Positions 21,301 to 28,895 of a stretch of 64,000 nucleotides of DNA are shown one piece after another. The notes below the pieces were generated by a model. It had not been told where the DNA came from. It made no database searches and saw only the letters and a program-made list of their open reading frames with translations. The position numbers were made by a program, and so were the translations under genes. Source of the DNA: Polyangiales bacterium (GTDB lineage Bacteria > Myxococcota_A > Polyangia > Polyangiales > Ga0077539); assembly GCA_044229975.1 (NCBI GenBank), contig JBGARZ010000027.1, forward strand, positions 34,499-98,498. The letters are read 5' to 3'. The number at the start of each line of letters is the position of its first letter. Within the stretch, counting starts at the first letter, position 1.

Positions 21301-21737
21301 TCGAGCGAGAGCTGCTCGACGTCGACCGTGACCGCCACGCGCCCCGGCGAGACGTCGTAGCGCCACGACTGCTCGTACCCGTCAGCGCCCAGGCGTAGCT
21401 CCTCGACCGCGCGGCCATCCCAGAGCCGGAGCGTACGATCGTCGACCCGCTCGACCGCGGCGGGCCCCGCCCGTCGGGTGCGCAGCGAGGCGGTCGCGCC
21501 GGCGTCGTCGCGCACCGTCAGCGTCTCGGGCGACACTTCGACGCGAACCGCGCCCAACTCGGCGACGTGCCGATCGGCCGCGCGCGCCCACGTCGACGGC
21601 GCGGGCAGCGCGATCTCGGTGACCTGCAGTCCGACCGGCCCGGGCGTCGCGGGCGCGAGCGACGTATCCCCCGCGCAGCCCCCGAGCGCCAGGCAGAGCC
21701 CGACCGCCACCACTCCCCGCGAACGACGCATAGACAT
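18372..21737 (-). CDS. Large MYXO-CTERM surface lipoprotein, paralog of 12427-16317
   Basis: Lipobox LGGCAG; shared N-terminal domain (TWVDADGRR...PAVLDP); D/A-rich linker with DAVxTDVAVD repeats; SGCSC...WWLLALVAL.RRRR tail. Confidence 0.85.
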   Translation of the reverse strand: MSMRRSRGVVAVGLCLALGGCAGDTSLAPATPGPVGLQVTEIALPAPSTWARAADRHVAELGAVRVEVSPETLTVRDDAGATASLRTRRAGPAAVERVDDRTLRLWDGRAVEELRLGADGYEQSWRYDVSPGRVAVTVDVEQLSLDRADGEGLHLRGPGSLRLRYGHGTWVDADGRRTPVAATWRGGAIVLEVPDDVVAASRFPAVLDPEVAVEAQPAVSAYAPTYPLALTAGGPGYLLWWAPTDRLDTTPGEGQRLDAAGRVIDRTVFRLPRPGAWLRVARAGTGWLLFSRGPGGVPDVYELPGTGDPLATPSPSSEAGAGDTRLYDVVDDAACGASDCMTVGTWRSTDDSDLGDTGRLAGSIRDLRGRAPTSLARSRLHFEIAAVTGPRVAPAAGGFLVAWTDVTFGTTSRDARVVKVRADGTLAEPEGHAVSSWGYDRVAGCLASNGTSALLVWSASRATGTRAAGVYASQLDDAGAPVGDPRYLGTGGAARCTLSWTGTQYVLARAGRMRLDATGTPLGPVGAAEPAQSLAAGTASSLLVVNSSTLGAATYGVTNTPVGPVTGLYAYIQAQSAAALFHDGSDLFVTWVTEGDGGLSGGYRAMRVRGGLPMMPTSTAVPIPLASGPFLAAVQGLQGAFNGSDYLLLNSPYSVSTSRYGIATISLDRSGGTTRAAATASIFGSSTKYSFERMRNTTSGFIAAQRCRSVMWIGPGYDVTSRSPYVVGNGPPDGCAASMETIGDTVYFAFVNWDTSPAPGVYGIRFDRNGDPIDGSPRRITTSVYTGATLYAGGGRLLLVLSLGTTFRTIELMPDWTVVRDVPGPGTAPWRERVFDGTQHVLINTDGDIGYPFRRYVTAQRMSSHGDRLDAAPIRVAEITGSPLIFGSVPISVASLGDGVTYVAYAKNDPLVSRTRISLVSISNASLGADAGADASTADTGVADAVVDAGARDAGTDAPVASDLGSPDAGARDVPATDRPASDGTVAVADTGPSDAAFTDVATADVATADAASADAVVSDAVTTDVAVDAATMADAVVSDAVSTDVAVDRTAPADAVTTDVAVDRTAPADAAGGGIDVGGGTDVGGRSGCSCTTAGDASSPRSAWWLLALVALPRRRRERA

Positions 21738-21936
21738 GGCTGGGATGGGTATCGGCAAACCCTGGAGGCTTCAAGCGAGCGCACCCGACGACGAGAATGA
21801 GTGCTCCAGCGCCCCACTCGATCCGGCACGGATCCGCTTCAATTGCCAGAACGCCCAGATCGCGAAGCTCACGGGCAGACGACGCGCGTCGAAAGATCCC
21901 CCGTGGTCGCTGGAGAGTTCACCGGTGTCGGCGCGA

Positions 21937-22406
21937 TGCTCTTCTTCACGCTTGACCAGACCGCGCACGTCGCGCACTCCGCTTCGGGCTCGCTCGACGG
22001 CCCGTGGCGGCTCCTCGGCGACGTGGCGCCGGGGATGCTCGAGAACTACCAGCCGATCCGCATCGACGGGCAGTGGCACCTGCTCGCGACGACGATCCCG
22101 CTGCTTCGCCGGCCGAACCTGTACCGGCTCGACGGCGACGAGAACGACCCCGACTCGTTCCGGCGGTGGACGCTCGTGCGAGAACTCGCGATCGAGGAGC
22201 AGCGCTGGAACACCGGCCGGCCACTCCTGTACGAGCGTGCGAACGCGGCGTTCCTGACCGACGCCCGCGAAGAGGACGGGTTCTTCTACCTGCTCTACGC
22301 CGGCAGCACGGAGACGCGGACGTTCAGCGGCCGGGGGCACGCGCGGCTGGGTCTCGCGCGGAGTCGCGATCTCGTGACCTGGGAGGTCCCGCGCGAACGA
22401 GAGTGA
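21937..22406 (+). CDS. Beta-propeller glycoside hydrolase-like protein, probably N-terminally truncated
   Basis: IDGQWHLL, FFYLLYAG, LGLARSRDLVTW (Asp-box-like). Confidence 0.5.
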
Positions 22407-22929
22407 CCGCGCCGCGGCGACCCGACACATGGCCTCCAGCCACCCACGGTCCGGGTCGTCGACGGGCTCGACTCACGCGTCGCCTGCCCGACGGACCGGA
22501 AGGAAGGAGTGCCCATGGCCGCCGTGATGGAGCAATCGATGCGCCGCGCGGACACGGGCGCCGCGGGAGCCGACGGGTCTACCGGCGGGGCGCAGTCCGG
22601 TCGCCGACCCGGCAGTCACACGATCTGCCTGTGGAGCCGCACAATTGGCCCTACGGGGTATGTCCGGGTCCCGTTAGGGTCACCCGATCGAAACGCTTGT
22701 GAGAGAGCGTTTCGGCAACAGCGCCTCCCGAGCCCGGATGACATCCGGACAAATGCTCGGGGGGCGTTGTTGTTTGTGCCGCTCGCATGCCGGTGCCTCC
22801 ACAGGGTCGGCGGCATCGGGGGGCACCGCCCCGAAGCGGTCGCCGGACCTCCTCGGCGAACCGGATATTGCCCCGGGGTCGTGTCGCGTGACGTCGGCGG
22901 CTCGCAGGTGGCGAAGCACCCCGCGGTGA

Positions 22930-23125
22930 GCCCGACATCGGCGCCGTCTCCGAGGCGAAGTGTCCGTCCCGCCCATCACTCGCGTCCGGTCGCATCGAAG
23001 AGCGCCACACCGCAGCGGATGGTGAGCTCGCGCCCGTCGGGGTCGACGACCGGAAACGCGCGCCCGTGATCGGCGCGCAGGTCGATGGAGGTGTCGAGCA
23101 CGGCCTGGGCGACGACGCGGCGGGC
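22930..23125 (-). pseudogene. Internally deleted remnant of an Acg-type nitroreductase
   Basis: Three blocks nearly identical to 40394-40460, 40817-40916 and 40960-40988, joined by deletions. Confidence 0.85.
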
Positions 23126-23264
23126 CGACGCCAACCCGGCCGGCGACCCGCTCGCGCACGCCGCGCGTCGGGCGCGGTCGTCGGTGCCGCGTGGATGACA
23201 CCGCAACGGCGTGTTCGCTTCGTCGGGCGAAGCCCACGATGGCCGTCGTCCGACGTGTTCCGGC

Positions 23265-23387
23265 GTTGTGCGCTGCGTGTACAGCGCGTGTGGGTTCTGC
23301 CGCCAGGTCGATCACAGCGATCGCCGCCGTCGATCGGGCATTCGTCGGAATGGAGACGACTCCCTCGACTGGCACATCGGTCGCACA
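23265..23387 (+). promoter_or_regulatory. Motif A site plus sigma54 promoter (copy 1 of a duplicated 123-bp element)
   Basis: gttgtgcg-ctgcg-tgtacagc 23265-23285; TGGCACATCGGTCGCA 23370-23385. Confidence 0.75.
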
Positions 23388-23431
23388 GACGAGATCGGTG
23401 CGCGCGCGAACCATCACCAGGGAGACCGTCC

Positions 23432-24262
23432 ATGAGCCAGATCGACAACGTTGATGGTCGTCGTCTTGTGATCGATGGGTGCGAGGGTGGATCCCGCACC
23501 GACGCTCCGCCGCTCGGTCCGGTCTTCGGCGCGAGACCGCCGGTGAGGTCGGAGGGCGGTGAGTTGCTCGCCCTCGTCGCGCAGATGTCCGATGCCATCG
23601 TCGTCCACCGTGACGGCCGGATCGTGTACGCCAACCCCGCGTGGGTCAGTCGGCTGGGCTACGTCTCGATCGACGAGGTGTCGGGCCACGCGCTGAGCGA
23701 CACCCTGCACCCGGATGATCGAGCAGGCGAATGCGCGCGACGGGAATCCGTCGACCCGACCGACCGAGGGTCCCCGCGCGAGGTTCGCTACCTTCGCAAG
23801 GACGGCGAGGCGGTCAGCTTGTGGCTCGTCACCGTTCGAGTGACCAGCGCCTGGGGAGACCCTGCGGTGATGGAGGTCGCGCGCGACATGGACGGCCCAC
23901 CAGGGTTTCGGGGGACGTGGGACGGCCTGGCGTGCGCGCTGGCCAATCCGCTCACCTACGTCCTCAGCAACGTCGAGCACATCGCAAGCGAGATCCCCCG
24001 TCTCGTCGAGGCGCTGGCGCAGCGCGAGGCGCAGCTTCTCGCTCGCTTCGGAGCTCGGGCCCTCGACGGCATCCTCTCCCCGGAGGAGATGCTCACGTCC
24101 CGCCTGCGCGAGATCGCTGACGCGTTGGAGGACGCGCGCATCGGGACCGACCGGATGCGATGCGTCGTCCGTGACCTCCGACACCTCTCTCGCAGCGTCG
24201 CGTGCGGAGGGGCGTCGAATGCGAGTGAGGCGGTACCCGCGACCGCTCCGATGACCCGGTGA
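23432..24262 (+). CDS. PAS-domain protein with degenerate HisKA helix and no ATPase domain
   Basis: DAIVVHRDGRIVYANPA, LHPDDR, RKDG; LACALANPLTYVLSN lacks the H-box His; ends after VVRDLRHLSR. Confidence 0.7.
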   Translation: MSQIDNVDGRRLVIDGCEGGSRTDAPPLGPVFGARPPVRSEGGELLALVAQMSDAIVVHRDGRIVYANPAWVSRLGYVSIDEVSGHALSDTLHPDDRAGECARRESVDPTDRGSPREVRYLRKDGEAVSLWLVTVRVTSAWGDPAVMEVARDMDGPPGFRGTWDGLACALANPLTYVLSNVEHIASEIPRLVEALAQREAQLLARFGARALDGILSPEEMLTSRLREIADALEDARIGTDRMRCVVRDLRHLSRSVACGGASNASEAVPATAPMTR

Positions 24263-24342
24263 GGTGGGAGGGCATGGGCAGTGGCGCCTCCACGATCTGA
24301 CCGACCGCTGCCGGTCGCTGCGCGCGGCCGCCGCAGTCTCTC

Positions 24343-25704
24343 GTGCGCGCTCTCGCGCAGGCGGTGGGCGACGTGTTGATCGAGCCTGGCATGGAGCTCG
24401 ACGGCCGCTATCGGGTGGGCGCAAAGCTCGGCGAAGGAGCGATGGGCACCGTCTACGAGGCGACGCCTCTTGTCGGGGGCGACGACGTCGCGATCAAGGT
24501 TCTCCATCGACGGTTCGCCCGGGACGAGGAGGCGACCCGACGGTTCGCTCGCGAGGCGCGGGCGGCTGCCGACGTCGGGCATCCGGCGGTGGTCGACGTG
24601 TTGGGCAGCGGCACCCACCAGGGGATGCCGTACCTGGTGATGACACGACTGCGCGGTGAGACGCTCGCCCAGCGACTCACCCGCGTGAAGCGTCTCCCGC
24701 CGATGGAGGCGTGCGAGATCGTCGGGCACGTCCTCTCTGCCCTCGCGAGCGCCCACGCCAAGGGGATCATTCACCGGGACATGAAGCCCGACAACGTCTT
24801 CCTCGAGGGCCCCGAGGAGGCGGCACAAGTCAGATTGCTGGACTTCGGCATCTCGAAGTTTCGCCCGCCGTTCGCCATCCTCGGCCACAGCACCCTGGAG
24901 GGCGTGATCATGGGGACACCGGGCTACATGGCACCCGAGCAGTGGATGGGGCGCCGCGACATCGACCACCGCGCGGACCTCTTCGCCGTCGGCGCGATCC
25001 TGTACGAACTCCTCTGCGGCAAGGTGCCCTACGGCGGCAAGAACCAGAGCGAGTTCTTCCTTGAGGTCGTGCGCGGAACGCTCCCTCCCGAGCCACCGCG
25101 CGGGGGTGCTCCCGATGTCGAGGTAGAGCTCGAGCGCACGGTGCTTCGGGCCCTTGAACGCGATCGTGATCGGAGGTTCTCCAGCGCGTCTGAGTTCCTC
25201 GATGCCCTGCGCCCGTTCGGGGCGGGATCCATCGTCGCGGTCTCTCTTCCCCCCGCTCCTGTCCCGCTGGACGAGCCGCGCACGCGGCCGTCGCCCTCAC
25301 CGCGGCCCATCCGAGGGCGCGATCCCTACCGATACTGGCTCGTGCCGATGCTGGCAGGTGCGCTCGTGTCGTTCGTGGTGACCATCGCGATCTGGCGGCC
25401 TCCCTCGTCGCCGTCTCTCACCCCGACGCAACGACCGCATCGCGTCGAGGTGTCCCGTGAGCAGGAGGAGCCTCGCGTGTCAGGTGAAGCTCTCGTCGAC
25501 AGCGCTTCCTCCGATGAAGGACCGATGGATTCCGTCGCGCCCGATCACGACGGAGGGCCATCTCAGTCGGCCGACGCGAAGCAGCCCGTTGCGAGGGGCG
25601 TGAACCGCCCGTGGGCTACATCCGGGCGAGTTGGTCCCCCCATCCAGCCAAGGCGACCGGTCCTCTCCGGCGTCCAGGCGCTGCCGATCGCGCGGAACTT
25701 CTGA
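24343..25704 (+). CDS. Ser/Thr protein kinase with TM helix (start may be 24391)
   Basis: GEGAMG, VAIK, HRDMKPDN, DFG, GTPGYMAPE. Confidence 0.95.
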   Translation: MRALAQAVGDVLIEPGMELDGRYRVGAKLGEGAMGTVYEATPLVGGDDVAIKVLHRRFARDEEATRRFAREARAAADVGHPAVVDVLGSGTHQGMPYLVMTRLRGETLAQRLTRVKRLPPMEACEIVGHVLSALASAHAKGIIHRDMKPDNVFLEGPEEAAQVRLLDFGISKFRPPFAILGHSTLEGVIMGTPGYMAPEQWMGRRDIDHRADLFAVGAILYELLCGKVPYGGKNQSEFFLEVVRGTLPPEPPRGGAPDVEVELERTVLRALERDRDRRFSSASEFLDALRPFGAGSIVAVSLPPAPVPLDEPRTRPSPSPRPIRGRDPYRYWLVPMLAGALVSFVVTIAIWRPPSSPSLTPTQRPHRVEVSREQEEPRVSGEALVDSASSDEGPMDSVAPDHDGGPSQSADAKQPVARGVNRPWATSGRVGPPIQPRRPVLSGVQALPIARNF

Positions 25705-25798
25705 CGGCGGTCTCGGCCGGGTCGCCGCGCCCTGCGCTCGGGTGGACGGCACTGCGCGGTCTCTCGGAACTCTCGCCTCCATCTCACCGGCGGAAATC

Positions 25799-25896
25799 GC
25801 TGTGCGAAGCGCGTACAGCGCTGGTCCGGGTCGACACAACTGCACCTCGTTTGCGTCCTCCACGGCGCGACACCGCCATGGTGCACACGTCTTGCT
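25799..25896 (+). promoter_or_regulatory. Motif A site plus imperfect sigma54 box
   Basis: gctgtgcg-aagcg-cgtacagc 25799-25819; GTGCACACGTCTTGCT 25881-25896 (the -24 GG is altered). Confidence 0.55.
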
Positions 25897-25986
25897 GTCG
25901 GCCTCCCAACGCCGTCGCGGAGTCGGTCACCTTCGACCGCTCGACCGGCGCCACCCGCGGAGCTTTTGGTGATGAACGAAGTCGCG

Positions 25987-28356
25987 ATGCGACGCTTGAC
26001 GGAGCGACTGACCCGACCCTTCTTCCTTCTGGTGCTGGTGGCGAACCTCGCTGCGTGTGCGGGCGACGTGCCCCTCCTGGGACCCCCTGCCGGCGGCGCC
26101 TGCCTGCCAACCACCGACTCGGTGCAGCGCACGGTGTTCGCCCCGCACTGCGGCAGCTCCGGGTGTCACGACGCCCGCAACCCGACCTACGGACTCGACC
26201 TGGTCTCCCCGGGCCTCGAAGGACGTGTGATCGGGGCGCCGTCGGTCGGCTGCGACGGGGAGAGGCTGGTCATCGCCGGGGCGCCCGAGCGCTCGCAGCT
26301 CTACGTGAAGATCGCTCAGGCGACGCCCGAGTGCGGTCGCCGCATGCCACAGGGTTCGCCCGCCCTCTCCGCCGATCAGCAGATGTGCGTCGCCGAGTGG
26401 ATACGCGGGCTCTCTGCTGGCGCTGGCGACGCCGCGGTCGACGCGGGTGTCGCCCAGTCCGACGGGTCGATGGACGCGCGGGTCGATCCTCCCATGGACG
26501 TCCCTGTCGACGGCGTGACGTGCCCGACGGGGCAGGCGTCGTGCGGCGGCCGTTGCCTCGACCTCGCCGCCGACCCGCTGAACTGCGGCACCTGCGGGCG
26601 CGCGTGCGTGGCGGGGCAACTTTGCACCGCGGGTGTCTGCGCTTGCGGCACCGGCCAGATGCTCTGCGGTGGCGCCTGCGTAAACATCCAGACGAGCGCC
26701 TTGAACTGCGGCGCGTGCGGTCGCGCGTGTGCCGCCGGGCAGACCTGCTCGGGTGGGGTGTGCTCCTGCGCGGCGGGGTTCACGCTCTGCGCGGGTGCGT
26801 GCGTCGACACTCGTACGAGCGCGACGAGTTGTGGCGCCTGCGGGCGCACCTGCGCGGCGGGGCAGACGTGCGCGGCGGGAGCCTGCGTCTGCGCCGGCAC
26901 GCAGTCCCTCTGCGGCGGGGTGTGCGTCGACACGGACACGAGCGCCTCGAACTGCGGCTTCTGCGGTCGCTCCTGCGGCGTGGGACAGGTCTGCGCGGCG
27001 GGGGCCTGCTCCTGTTCGGCCGGTCTCGCGCTCTGCGGCGGCGCTTGCGTCAACGCGCAGACGAGCTCGTCTCACTGCGGGTCGTGCGGCAACACCTGCG
27101 GGGCGGGCTTCGTCTGCAACCTCGGGGTCTGCACCCGCGGCGCCTGCACCGGCGGCACGACGCCGTGCAGCGGCTCCTGCGCCAACCTGTCCATCGACCC
27201 CTCGAACTGCGGCGCCTGCGGTCGCACCTGCGCGTCCGGGCAGACCTGCACGTCCGGCGTCTGCACCTCCTCGTGCGCCAGCGGCGTCACCCTCTGCTCT
27301 GGTGGCTGCGCCAACCTCCAGACCGACGCGTCCAACTGCGGCGCGTGCGGTCGTACTTGCGCGGCTGGGCTCTCGTGCGCCAGCGGCGTGTGCGTCTGTC
27401 CGTCGGGCCAGGCGCTGTGCGGTGGCGTCTGCGTCAACGCCCAGACCGACGCGTCCAACTGCGGCGCGTGTGGTCGCGACTGCGCCGCGGGGCAGAGCTG
27501 CACGTCCGGTGTCTGCACGTCTTCGTGTGCGAGCGGCACGACGCTCTGCGGGGGGAGCTGCGCGAACCTCCAGACCGACGCGTCCAACTGCGGCGCATGC
27601 GGTCGGGCGTGCGCTGCGGGGCAGAGCTGTGCGGCGGGAGTCTGCACGTGTCCGACGGGCCAGGCCCTCTGCGGCACGACCTGCGCGAGCCTCCAGACCG
27701 ACAGCGCCAACTGCGGTGCCTGCGGTCGGGCGTGCGTGGCGGGCCAGACCTGCACCGCGGGCGCGTGCGCCTGCTCTACCGGGCAGACGCTCTGCGGCGG
27801 GAGCTGCGTGAGCCTCCAGACGGACAACGCCAACTGCGGCGCCTGCGGTCGCGCGTGCACCACGGGGCAGGCCTGCACGGCGGGCGTCTGCGCCAGCACC
27901 TGCCCGAGTGGCACCACCCTGTGCAGCGGGAGCTGCGTGAGCCTCCAGACCGACAGCGCCAACTGCGGCGCCTGCGGTCGGGCGTGCACCACGGGTCAGA
28001 CCTGCACCGCGGGCGTCTGCGCCGGGTGCGGCCCGTCGGTGAGCCTGTCCACGCAGGTGCAGCCCATCTTCACGGCGAGCTGCACCACCGGCTGCCACGG
28101 CGGCATGCGACCCGCCGCGGGCATGTCGCTCGTGTCCGGGTCGTCGTACGCCAGCCTCGTGGGCGTTGCCTCGTCGGCCTGCTCAAGTCGCGTGCGCGTC
28201 GTCCGCGGCTCGGTCTCGACGAGCTATCTCGTCAACAAGCTGACCGGCGTCGGGCTCTGCTCCGGCGGGATGATGCCCGTCAACGGCGGCCCGCTGCCGA
28301 ACAGCCAGATCGACCTGATCCGCGCCTGGATCTGCAACGGCGCTCCCAACAACTGA
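25987..28356 (+). CDS. Lipoprotein with two cytochrome c-like domains flanking 12 Cys-rich repeats
   Basis: Lipobox LAACAG; CGSSGCH...RMP...EWI at the N-terminus; CTTGCH...MMP...AWICNGA at the C-terminus; 12 x CGxCGxxC units. Confidence 0.85.
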   Translation: MRRLTERLTRPFFLLVLVANLAACAGDVPLLGPPAGGACLPTTDSVQRTVFAPHCGSSGCHDARNPTYGLDLVSPGLEGRVIGAPSVGCDGERLVIAGAPERSQLYVKIAQATPECGRRMPQGSPALSADQQMCVAEWIRGLSAGAGDAAVDAGVAQSDGSMDARVDPPMDVPVDGVTCPTGQASCGGRCLDLAADPLNCGTCGRACVAGQLCTAGVCACGTGQMLCGGACVNIQTSALNCGACGRACAAGQTCSGGVCSCAAGFTLCAGACVDTRTSATSCGACGRTCAAGQTCAAGACVCAGTQSLCGGVCVDTDTSASNCGFCGRSCGVGQVCAAGACSCSAGLALCGGACVNAQTSSSHCGSCGNTCGAGFVCNLGVCTRGACTGGTTPCSGSCANLSIDPSNCGACGRTCASGQTCTSGVCTSSCASGVTLCSGGCANLQTDASNCGACGRTCAAGLSCASGVCVCPSGQALCGGVCVNAQTDASNCGACGRDCAAGQSCTSGVCTSSCASGTTLCGGSCANLQTDASNCGACGRACAAGQSCAAGVCTCPTGQALCGTTCASLQTDSANCGACGRACVAGQTCTAGACACSTGQTLCGGSCVSLQTDNANCGACGRACTTGQACTAGVCASTCPSGTTLCSGSCVSLQTDSANCGACGRACTTGQTCTAGVCAGCGPSVSLSTQVQPIFTASCTTGCHGGMRPAAGMSLVSGSSYASLVGVASSACSSRVRVVRGSVSTSYLVNKLTGVGLCSGGMMPVNGGPLPNSQIDLIRAWICNGAPNN

Positions 28357-28434
28357 CCCGCGCGGCGTCGCCACGGTCGCCGCGAGTTTCTCGGAGGTCG
28401 CCGGGGGCACGTCGTTTGCGGAGTGCGAGCTTCG

Positions 28435-28680
28435 ATGAACCTCGCGCGCCTCGTCCACCGTCGGGCCTGTCCCCCGCCGACCCGGCTGCCCGCCGCGTCA
28501 CCTCGTTCGAGTCACGCCAGCGCGCTCGCTGGGCTGGCCGCCGCGGCGCTCGCGCTGGTCCCCGGCAAGTGCTCGGCGCAGGTCCTCTCGCGGTTCGCGC
28601 TGCGTGCCGACCTCGGCGCGGGCACGATGCTCTCCCCATCAGCGCGCCGACCTCGGGTACGACGTCGCGATCGACGGGGC
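28435..28680 (+). pseudogene. N-terminal fragment of a secreted protein
   Basis: Signal-like ALAGLAAAALALVP..SAQ and RADLGAGTMLSP; apparent frameshift, then ends at the duplicated promoter element. Confidence 0.4.
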
Positions 28681-28717
28681 TCCCTTCCGACCGTCGTCGG
28701 TCCTCGTCGCGCGGTGT

Positions 28718-28840
28718 GTTGTGCGGCGCGCGTACAACGCCTGTGAGACCCGGCGTCAGCTCAATCACAAGGGTCGCCGCCGTCGAGCGGACATTCGCCG
28801 GAAGAGAGACGAATCCGTCGACTGGCACATCGGTCGCACA
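28718..28840 (+). promoter_or_regulatory. Motif A site plus sigma54 promoter (copy 2 of the duplicated element)
   Basis: gttgtgcg-gcgcg-cgtacaac 28718-28738; TGGCACATCGGTCGCA 28823-28838. Confidence 0.75.
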
Positions 28841-28895
28841 CGGGCCTCGCACGCGGGATGGATCCCTTCATCGCCGCACCTTCGAGGAGGTCTCC

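Noticed and set aside
22700..22930. Possible CoA-transferase remnant (GAVPPDA)
   Set aside because: Similarity to 52300-52400 is too short to distinguish from chance by eye.
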